A stretch of DNA of 64,000 nucleotides from an uncultured Planctomycetota bacterium (GTDB lineage: Bacteria; Planctomycetota; Planctomycetia; Isosphaerales; Isosphaeraceae). Below, one piece after another: positions 55,047 to 64,000 of this stretch. The notes under the pieces are model-generated. The model ran no database searches, was not told the origin of the DNA, and was given only the letters and a program-made list of their open reading frames with translations. The stretch is from positions 1 through 64,000 of the forward strand of contig CAWAAW010000040.1 in assembly GCA_963779785.1 (NCBI GenBank), given 5' to 3'. The translations under genes and the position numbers were made by a program. Within the stretch, counting starts at the first letter, position 1. Every line of letters starts with the position of its first letter.

Positions 55047-58000
55047 GGGGTGTGCCGATCGACGAGCATGACCGGACGCCACGGACTGGGCCGGAGTACC
55101 GGAGGGAACCGAGGCGTGCCATAATCGGTCCGAGAGGGGCACGGCACCGAGGCCGTGGGTTCGCACGCCGGCCATGGCGACAAAGGATCAATCGCATCCC
55201 CTCCCGGATCGTGCCACCGGCCTCCCGAGATTGCGTCCGCACCCGGCAAGGTCGGCCTTCAAAAGGATGAGGGATGTCGGCCGCTTGCCGAAGCTCCCTA
55301 ACTCTGACCGTGGGGGAGGACGAACCATGCCCGACACCCACGATCGGCCCCTCCGGGAGGGCCACCGCGGCGATGTCCTCCGGGTGCTCGTCTCCTGGGA
55401 GACGGCCCAGGACATCGCCGCGGTCAAGGCCCCCGGCGTCCAAGAGACGCCACACCCTTGCTCACGCAGAAGCAGGCGATCGCCCTCCTGGAGGCGACTC
55501 TTTCACGGTGGGGATGGTGCGAAACGGTTCTGCCGCCGCCCGGACGATCGCCGCGCTGCTCATGAGGTCACACGTACTTCTGGAGGATCTTCTTCTGGTT
55601 GGCCAGGATCTCACGCTGGTTGGCGAGAACCCGGTGCGTCAAACCCCATGCTCATCGCGAAGCACGCCAGGGCGCGATGGAACCCGGAACGGTCTTCGCC
55701 GTGTTGCTCGGAATCTGCATCGCGTCGCCTTGGCGGACAGGTTACTCGCAGTGAATCTTGATTCACGAGGTTCATGGATGTAAAATTGAAAAATGTTCGA
55801 TTAGATTGCTCTCGGCGGGCAACGAAATCTCGGCCATGGCGGGCTCTCGGTGTGGATTCACATCCGCAACTCCTCCCTATCGGAGCGGATCGCCATGGAA
55901 TACGCTGCTGTCGGGCCTAGTCTATTGGCCGCCGGGTCCGAATCCTTGCCTGGGCCGACCTCAGAAGTTGTTCCAGCACTATTCCCGGTACGGGTTGATG
56001 CCGTCGGCTGGCCGGTCGGGATGGTCACCGGAGTGGATGACTATGGGGAAGGGCACCTGGAAATCCGATTGCAGATCGCGGATTCGCTCGATCCTTTGTG
56101 TTCGATGGACACGAACTCGAATTGCTCTCTTGAACATTAGGTCCGATAACCGGAGCCCTGCGTCTTCGACGTCAACTTGTTCGGGCCGTTGCGGCTGATC
56201 CGGGCGGCCTTACCGTTGATGCGGCAGCATCGCCGGGCTCGTCAGCGTTGAATGTCGCTACCGGCGGCGTGACGGTTATCAAGGTGTGTGTCAGGCTTTC
56301 CGGGCTCGGCCAGCGGCGTCGACGTCGCTGAAACCGGCTTGGCAGGGGGGGCCGCTATGAGTTCTCCTGGGTTTGCGGACTGGTCGCCACGGACGGCCTT
56401 CAAGACCGCTCGATGTCATCCGCGGTGCCGCGGTCGATGAACGCTTCGACCACGTCACGTAATTCGTCCTGGAGACCCTTGAGCGCGCTTGACGGCGCGG
56501 CGGCCGAAGCAGGACCGACACATGCCCGGCTCGCCGCTCTGGTCGTCGACCGATAGCCATTGATTACACTCGACACAAACGAAGGTCAGGGTTGTTCTCC
56601 GTGGTTCGAGGGTCATCAGCGGTGGCGCCGCGCGCCGACCGCCCTGGGGGACGGATAGCCGGTGGGAACCGCGGGATTGGCTTCCAGCTCCCGGTCGAGG
56701 GCCTGGTCGACCAGCTCAGGGCGCGGCAAGGCGGCAGCGGCCTGGTCGAGGGCTTGCCGGCGGCAACTCACTCGGCCGCGGGAGCCTTCCTCTCGGTCGA
56801 GGACCTCCGCCACGTCGAGGACCTCACCGTCACGGTTCACCGCGGCGATCCGTGCTTCAAGCTCGGCGGCGGAGCCGATTCGGGAACTTGTTTCTGGGCC
56901 TCGCGCCACGCCGCTTCATAGGCCAACTTCCTTTCTTTTGCCGCGCGAGATACGGGGCGATGGCCTCGTATTTGCGTTCCGTCTCCGCGTCGTGGTGCAC
57001 GACCCGGTCGAACCACTGACCGTCCGGCCTCTTGGCCCGCTCTCGAGGAACTCAGCAGCGAACGCCAGGTTGACCGTACAGATCTCGGATTTTCGCTCGG
57101 GTGTCAACATTGCATCTCCCGTTACGGGCTTCGGATCGCAACGGAGAAAAAACCACCGATCTTCCGTTGGAACGGGCTCTCGCAAAGGATCCTTTTCAAG
57201 AGGGCCAAAGGCTTTACAGGCCGCACGGCGTGTGATTTCCGAGGGTTCTGGTTCTCATCAACCGCTCTCGAATCATCCTTCTCGAATGAGCCCATCACAG
57301 ACGGGTTTCGAGAAGGCAAAGCACGGTGGAACCGGGGCCTCGGGCCAAGGTCGTTGTTTTTTTCTCCGTTGCTATCGGAACCCCTATTGCGGTCCTGATC
57401 GATCTGGTGCACGGCGAACCCGTGGCGGTCACAGCCTTCTCCGGACCGTCCGCGCCTGAGCCCCGCCATGCTTTCATCGGACGGGTCGGGGGGAGGAGGT
57501 TCGGCGTTCCTCCGGACGCAGCCATTCCCGTCACGGCGGTGAGGATCATCGCCGTGCCCCACGCGTCCGAGCGGTCGTCGTCCACGACTCGGATTCCCCG
57601 CCCGCCTCGCGTTCCGCTGACTACCCAGCCCTCCCGGCCGCTCGCCTGGGCCGTGAGGTGCTCGGAGAATGACCATCCCGACGCCCTCATCCGGGCGCGC
57701 TCCCCGTCGCAGGCCGTCGGATCATGCGGCGGGCCCCGCCAAGGTCCTGGAGAGAGAGGCCGCCAGGATGGGCCTGCGCTCGACGGCCGCCACCAGGGCG
57801 AGCCGCACGGCCTCGGCCCACGCATCCCTCCGCCCGGAGCGGTCGGCCTGGACTCGGGACCCGCCGTGAACCCCGATGACGGCCCAGCAACCACCGTCCT
57901 GGGCGCCGATGATCGGGGTACATTCCCGAAACCCCCACCCACGCTGCCAGAGCTGCCAGAGCGGCTCGTCGAAGTCGATTCGTCCCGCCTGATGTTGCCA

Positions 58001-58464
58001 CATCGCCCACCCCCTCTGCGGCCGCCCCGGTATGGGCATCGGCTTCCACCACGATTCAGGCACGAGTTGAATCGCCGCCCGACCCCCGCCTTCCGCATCG
58101 CATTTTATTATACCGATTGAGACGCAAAAAAAGACTCACAATCTAAAATCTCAGTAAGGTTAATTAATTGTACGGACTTTATGATCATTGATGCAACTTG
58201 GCCGGTCGCCACAATTCGTCCGGGGCGAGGTACACCGGCCGAGAGACGCTGCTCCACGATATGGGCGACATCCGTTCCACTCACGCCGGATGCAGCTCAG
58301 TTTGCATCAAACACACGAGCTCACTCCGCTCAGAAGTGCGCGAACCGAAGCAAAAGGCGCACATCTGAACTGCCGAACACAATCGAGCGTTGGTTTTTGT
58401 TCGTCTGCCATCAGCACGCCGAGTCCGGTCGCTCCGATTTGAATGAGGAATTGCACCATCTTAT

Positions 58465-58551
58465 AATGAGTAGAGTTGTATCCGAAGGGCCGGAACTGGC
58501 CTGAGCGAGGCCATTGCACGCGTCGGCCCTCCGGATACAACTCTCCTCATT
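58465..58551. repeat. inverted repeat with 28-bp arms (2 mismatches) and a 31-nt loop containing a GGCCTgagcgAGGCC sub-hairpin
   Basis: AATGAGTAGAGTTGTATCCGAAGGGCCG pairs with CGGCCCTCCGGATACAACTCTCCTCATT. Confidence 0.5.
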
Positions 58552-59363
58552 CTGCGACCGCTTCAACGGTCCACCAGTCGCCTTGTATAACGCACATCAC
58601 CGCCGAATCACCGCCAGAATCCCGTCATCACCGTGCCGAGCTGGCGACGATCGCCGCCGAACTGGTGGACCTGACCCCCGTTCTGGTCTCCACGACGGGT
58701 GGCATCATGTCCGCATCTGCCAATCATCGCTCACCGCCTTCCTCTTTGCCGTCGAGCTTCCAAGGAGCTCCCGCGAGCAATCCAGGCCCGACCTGCTCCC
58801 GTACTGCCAACAGACGTTCCAGCGATGGCTCCGAGTGCCGTACGATCAGAAAGAACCGTAAGCGTGTCCATTCAGTCGTCGAGTCAATGCGCACGGCGGT
58901 CGCCGGCATGTTGAAGATTAACCAGAGCTCCGTGAGCCGTTCTCGCCAAAAGCTCCAGGCAGTTGATACAAACGCATCGCCTGTGGCAATCCAGGGGCGT
59001 GACGGCTCTACTTCTCGGAGCGTGTCTTCTGGTCCTTCTGGCGTCTGGGGGACATCCTCCCTGAGCTCCTGGTCACCTGGATCAAGGACATGGGAATGGG
59101 GCGGGTGGACACTCTGGTCGTGTGGCGGCTGGACCGGCTGGGCCGGACACCGTGCGGTCAGCCGAGGCGACCGGCAGGAAACTAGGCTTGACAGGACGGA
59201 CGAAACGAAGTGCTGAGGTCGACGAGAGCCGAGCGGGAGTTTGGTCTCGCGCACTGCGATGCGGTCTGCTTGGACTATGGCAGCGGGCCAAAAGGAATCT
59301 TCGCAGGACGGGCTGTGCCGCCCTGCGAAGTTTGGGATTCGGATTCCCATCCAGGTCGGACGA

Positions 59364-60017
59364 TCAGCTATTCGACCGCCGCGCCGGGTACTGAATTTCG
59401 ATCGGCTCGCCGGTCAGTTCCTTCCACGCCTTCTTCTGGTCATCGGTGAGAAGGGCCTGGACCTTGGTCATGTTCTCCTTTTGAGTCGCGGCCCTCTTGT
59501 TCCGAGCGTCCGTGCGCTCCTGCTCGCTGGCGTCCTTGTTGGACGCTCCCGCGAACGAACTCCGCGTCGCTTCGACGATCTCACGGATCTTCGACTTCTG
59601 GTCGTTGGTCAGCTTCAGCTTCTCGTCGACTGTGGAATTAGCAAAGGCTTGGAGCCCGTGCGCTTGCAAGCTGATCTGATCGAACCGCTTTGACTGCTCG
59701 TCTGAGAACGACAGGGCCTTCTTCACCTCGTCGCTGACCGTCTCGCTCAGCCTTGCCATCTTCACCCACCGCACGTCCGCCGAGGCGTCGCGCAGGGCCG
59801 AATAATCGCCTTCGTGGCTCTTCCTGATCTCGGCCAGGGTCTCCGGGACCTTTTTGACCTGCGCGTCGGTGAGATTCAGATCCTTCTGGACGTTCGGGGC
59901 CATGAGGAACCCGGCCGCGCCGCCACCGAAGCCGCCGCGACCCTGTGCCCAGGCTGGGGAGGCCAGCAGCGCCAGGATACCGAGTGTCAGGACCAACTTA
60001 CCAAAGAAACGGATCAT
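59364..60017 (-). CDS. periplasmic LTXXQ-motif protein (Spy/CpxP-like)
   Basis: The signal peptide reads MIRFFGKLVLTLGILALLASPAWA. The motifs LTDAQ, LTNDQ and LTDDQ are present. An AAGGAG ribosome-binding site precedes the start. Confidence 0.65.
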   Translation of the reverse strand: MIRFFGKLVLTLGILALLASPAWAQGRGGFGGGAAGFLMAPNVQKDLNLTDAQVKKVPETLAEIRKSHEGDYSALRDASADVRWVKMARLSETVSDEVKKALSFSDEQSKRFDQISLQAHGLQAFANSTVDEKLKLTNDQKSKIREIVEATRSSFAGASNKDASEQERTDARNKRAATQKENMTKVQALLTDDQKKAWKELTGEPIEIQYPARRSNS

Positions 60018-60135
60018 CTTCAGACTCCTTGCTAACAAATCGGAGGCACGCACGTCCGCCGTCGGCACTGCCGACGATGAAAAGGACGCGCGATCGGAGA
60101 CAAACCTTGTGACGAGGCCGCAGATTTCAGGCGGC

Positions 60136-60179
60136 GTGGTCCCGCCGCAATCCGGTTGTGGTCCCGCCGCAATCCGGTT
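60136..60179. repeat. perfect tandem duplication of a 22-bp unit, GTGGTCCCGCCGCAATCCGGTT repeated twice
   Basis: Direct reading. It lies 120-160 bp upstream of the LTXXQ gene start. Confidence 0.9.
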
Positions 60180-60744
60180 ATTGAGGGCCTTGGAGATCGC
60201 CGTGCGCCGGCCGCCCTCATGCACGATGTCGCCCTCGCAACGGCCTCGATCGCCGATTCTCAGGGCATGACTGCCGATAATAACGCCGAGGAAGTGTTAA
60301 TGCAAATAAAAATCTAAAAATTATTTGATCGATTTGCCGACGATCGGCTCGACTCCTCACCGAGCCGCTAGGAGGGATGACGGTGCTCGCGTCCGGCGGG
60401 ATCAAAAACGAGTCAGTACAATCTGTGGGTCAAGAGCGGCTCATGGTGACAGGAGATCCCTGGAGTGGGATGACGCGAGAGTGAGAATTGACTCACGCAA
60501 TTTCATTATCTGCAAATACTTTTACTTTGACTATCTCAGCCAGTTACAGTAGTATGATAAATGATGAAAGAGATAAGCTGTCGCAAAGGCTGTGACACGA
60601 GGATGCTGATTCGCCTGGTGTCGATGATCTGTGCGATACCCTCTCTGCCATCTCAGAGAACCTCGGGTCTCAACGATCCCCCGACGGAGAGGGTGATGTA
60701 TCGCTCGCCTCCAGCCGGTCACACTCCTTTGGAGACGAATTCCG

Positions 60745-61086
60745 ATGGCGACATCGATGCTTAACATGAAGAAGGCCGCGAAGATTGCACTGGCTAAGAA
60801 CGAGACCCTGCTGCGTACAAAGACCATTCAGCGGGCAGCGATTCTGCTCAAGCAAGTCAGCGACCCGACCCGACTCCAGGTCGTCTCTCTGCTGTCCGAA
60901 GGCGAGCACCATGTCGGGGGGCTGTGCGACCAGTTTAACATGAGCCAGCCTGCTGTGAGCCACCACCTAGCCTTGTTGCGGCACGGGGGAATCATCGAGC
61001 GCCGCCGCCACGGCCAGAAGAACTTCTACAGCCTTACCGACGCCGGCTATCGGCTTTCCAAGATCGTCAAAGGCATGGCCCATTGA
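60745..61086 (+). CDS. ArsR/SmtB-family transcriptional regulator
   Basis: The HTH reads DPTRLQVVSLLSEGEHHVGGLCDQFNMSQPAVSHHLALLRHGGII. Confidence 0.8.
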   Translation: MATSMLNMKKAAKIALAKNETLLRTKTIQRAAILLKQVSDPTRLQVVSLLSEGEHHVGGLCDQFNMSQPAVSHHLALLRHGGIIERRRHGQKNFYSLTDAGYRLSKIVKGMAH

Positions 61087-61256
61087 CCTGCCCCGAAGGT
61101 AAGAACCGAGCCACCCGGCGAATCCGAAGACAAGCGTCGGGTGGCTCCCTCCAAACGATCGAAGCTGGCTCTCTGTTCCAGATCGGTATCAGCCCCGTTC
61201 TCATCGACCCAGAAAGCATTCAACGGGTCGAAAAACCTTGCCATAAGGAGAATCTC

Positions 61257-61550
61257 GTGGGAAAGAAATTGTATGTTGGTAACCTGACCGACTCGGTATC
61301 TTCATCGGATCTGCAAAAGTGGTTCACACCGTTCGGCAACGTGCAGAGCGCCCAGGTCATCCAGGACCGTGATCGGGGCCGCAGCAAGGGGTTCGGTTTT
61401 GTCGAGATGGACACCGACGCCCAGGCTGAGGCTGCAATCCAGGGACTCAATGATCACGAACACGAGGGGCGGCGGCTCACGGTGTGCGAAGCCAAGCCTC
61501 GGGAAGCCCGTACCGTCGGCTTCGCTGGGGGTCGGGCTAGTCAATATTGA
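61257..61550 (+). CDS. RRM-type RNA-binding protein (~97 aa) with a GTG start
   Basis: RNP2 is KLYVGNL and RNP1 is KGFGFVEM. An AAGGAG ribosome-binding site lies 6 nt upstream of the GTG. Confidence 0.75.
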   Translation: MGKKLYVGNLTDSVSSSDLQKWFTPFGNVQSAQVIQDRDRGRSKGFGFVEMDTDAQAEAAIQGLNDHEHEGRRLTVCEAKPREARTVGFAGGRASQY

Positions 61551-62571
61551 TCGTTTCGTATTTCCGCAGGGTCAAGAAGCTGCAGCATCAAGGTGACTAT
61601 CGGATATCGCCGTCGGTGCGATCGCATGAACGCGAACGGCCGGGCCTCAAACCTGGGGCACCGGCCGTTGCTCGCGATCTGTGGCGATCTCACGTCTCCC
61701 CTGCCTGCCCAAACCACCGCTTCAGGCGACCGTTCCTGACAACCGCCCGACTGAGACGACCGCCCAAACGCCCCATGAGCAAGCGGACGTATCATCACCG
61801 CACCACCACAGCCCAGACGATCTGTCTATTCCCCCGAGTGGCGTTCAACCGGACGCATCGACCGGCGATTAGTACACATATGAATTATACGTTAGGAGGC
61901 CGGGCGGCCGAAAGTCCCTCAAGAAGAGCGGTGTCGAGGAGACCGGCAATGTTAGCCCGACGTGCGAGCGAGGGGATTGATGGGGCACAGCAAGTGCACT
62001 GGCCAAGGCCGCCGCGCCTCGCTATCGCGTCGGGTTAACCGATCGAGCCGCCTTCGGCGGCGCCCTCACGGCCCGTGAACTGTTTTCGACGTACTGGGCT
62101 CCCGCTGTTGTTGGTGTTTATCGTACTTTATCTTACGGCGTCGCGCGTCAGCGGCCCTATATACTCTGGTGCTCACTGCCCGAGGGTTAGCTTGGTCCGA
62201 GAGGCTTGGTCCTTGTCATTGGTGACTTGCCATGCCGGGTTTTCCCGGCACGGTATTGATCCCGTTGGGGAGACTGCAATCGTACACGAACCCCCTCTTG
62301 GCTCGCGGCGCTTCGTTGTTTCGTCACTTGCATCCGCGAGCTGATGACAACCTTGGCTCCTTCCATCAGGTAAGAGAGTCGATCGAGGCTGCCGCCATCG
62401 GACGACAGACCCGTGGCTACGAAAAACACGGATAAACCAACTCCTCTGGCAAACATGAAAAATGCCGGGGGCCTGGGGGAGGTTTGCGCCTCGCCGCGTG
62501 CAAGAGCGGGAAAAGTTCATGGGGAGTATGGGCCGAACGGATTCTGGGTAACCCAATTCCTGCCGTTCGCC

Positions 62572-63765
62572 TTAAGTCGCCCCAGACGCTTGCTCGTAGA
62601 CCCAACCACGTTCCTGCTCACAGGTCGACGCGACCTCGCTGAAGAAGTCGAGATAGTCCCGGCCCACATTCGGCCAGAACATCGGTTTGGCGTATTCGTA
62701 AGCCCGGCGCTGCGTTTCGACTCGAAACGCGGTGTCGCTCAAGAACCGGACTGTCGCATCGGCCAGGGGAGCGCTTTGGGCAAAAGGGACGATCTGGCCC
62801 CGGCCTTCCGCCAGCACTTCCTCGGCGTACAGGTAGGGCGTGCTCACGATGGCCCGTCCGGCCGCCATCGCGTACGCCAGAGTACCACTGGCGATCTGGT
62901 CCTTGCCGGGATAGGGGGTCACGTACACGTCACAGGCTTGCAAGTACACCATGAGCTCGGACAGCCCGAGATACCTGTTCACGAAACGGACGTGGGTGCC
63001 GACGCCGAGTTTCTCGGCCATCGCGACCAGGCTCTCCCGGTAGATTTCCCCCTCCTGGCGTTTGACCTCGGGGTGGGTAACGCCGACGATCAGGTAAAGG
63101 GCCTCCGGACACGAGGCCACGATCCGGGGCATGGCCTGGATCATGTATTCCAGCCCCTTACCGCGATTGATGAGTCCGAAAGTGCAAATCAGGCGTTGGC
63201 CCGGCAATCCCAGCCGTGCCTTGTGGGTCTCGCCGCTTTCAAGAGCGACCTCCGGCACTCCGTGCGGGATCACCCGCACGTGCTCGGTCGGGATCTGGTA
63301 GACGCTCTCCAGGAGCCGCGCGGCGAGTTTCGTCATGACCACGATGCCCTGACTATAGGCCGCCAGACTTCGGATCAGGTGCCTGGGCAACGGGGCCGGC
63401 TCTGTCATCAGCGTGTGGAACGTCGTGACAAGGGGCTTGCGGCAAGCACGCACGAAGTCCAGCACACCCACGCCCCACTCACCGGGATAGAGGCCGAACT
63501 CGTGCTGCAAGCTCACCACATCGCACGAACTGTCGTTGGCCACTTCCGCGGCCAGGCGGTAGGCGGCCTTTCCGCCGTTGTCGATGACGTGGACAACCCG
63601 AGGGTCTTTGTAACGACACGCATGTGTCTTGTTGATCGCGATCACCGACGACACCGGCTCCCTCGCCGCCAGATCGACCGCGTCGGCGGAATCCTTGGTA
63701 AAAGTGGCGAGCCCACATTCCGCGGGCGGATAGGTCGATACAAAGAGGGGACGGGCAGCATCCAC
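62572..63765 (-). CDS. GT4-family glycosyltransferase
   Basis: The N-terminus reads [22 protein letters not shown], and ...[27 protein letters not shown] is present. The 397-aa ORF is intact. Confidence 0.8.
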   Translation of the reverse strand: MDAARPLFVSTYPPAECGLATFTKDSADAVDLAAREPVSSVIAINKTHACRYKDPRVVHVIDNGGKAAYRLAAEVANDSSCDVVSLQHEFGLYPGEWGVGVLDFVRACRKPLVTTFHTLMTEPAPLPRHLIRSLAAYSQGIVVMTKLAARLLESVYQIPTEHVRVIPHGVPEVALESGETHKARLGLPGQRLICTFGLINRGKGLEYMIQAMPRIVASCPEALYLIVGVTHPEVKRQEGEIYRESLVAMAEKLGVGTHVRFVNRYLGLSELMVYLQACDVYVTPYPGKDQIASGTLAYAMAAGRAIVSTPYLYAEEVLAEGRGQIVPFAQSAPLADATVRFLSDTAFRVETQRRAYEYAKPMFWPNVGRDYLDFFSEVASTCEQERGWVYEQASGAT

Positions 63766-64000
63766 TCACCACCTCCTGAAGTTGTTCCGTGCTGTCTTCG
63801 ATGTCCGAGATTTCCACGGACAACTTGCCCGTGCCACGATTTCCCATCGGCCTCCTTTGCTCACGTTGTTTTTCCGCCGTTCCTTAACCCGCCACATCCG
63901 CCGCGGGATTTTCTAGCGATCCGCCCGCTCCATTGCTCTCACGGATCCGTTCCCACACCTCGGAACGATGGACAGGGACAGAGGCATCCGCCTCGAAGCC

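Overview
This is a high-GC (~60-65%) bacterial chromosomal segment whose gene content looks Planctomycetes-like (my inference only): TPR, WD40, ECF-sigma, PKD, sulfotransferase and PQQ-dehydrogenase proteins, with many secreted paralogs. The main feature is a CRISPR-Cas locus. It has a 21-repeat array of identical 37-bp repeats (2621-4141) flanked by an AT-richer leader. A leftward adaptation module cas1-cas2-cas4 runs 6490->4315. A divergent rightward effector module runs 6604-13316 and contains an SF2 helicase without an HD domain (cas3'-like), a large subunit, a Cas7 with a Cys-cluster (csc2-like), cas5 and cas6. Gene order and repeat features best fit subtype I-D. The helicase and large-subunit region is badly fragmented, and a ~1.3-kb stretch (8042-9352) has no readable ORF. 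Just after cas6 there is a ~0.9-kb lower-GC region with a degenerate ~70-bp-periodic repeat whose core resembles the 3' half of the true CRISPR repeat; it may be a relic array. The rest of the window is ordinary but rich in paralogs. It holds a tandem SPFH/flotillin-like pair, a MacB-type ABC transporter, an AraC regulator, an ECF sigma factor followed by a WD40 protein, an M23/PKD peptidase, a DASS transporter, a TlpA-like thioredoxin and an aldo-keto reductase. It also holds csrA, an ArsR regulator next to an RRM RNA-binding protein, a GT4 glycosyltransferase, a tandemly duplicated cyclophilin-Ig secreted protein with one copy decayed, and two pairs of small or secreted paralogs. Several strong palindromes and tandem repeats sit in intergenic regions. 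Almost every gene longer than ~1 kb shows 1-3 apparent frameshifts yet stays readable across frames, so indel-type sequencing or assembly error is a real possibility and CDS boundaries are approximate. I recognised no tRNA, rRNA, transposase or integrase.
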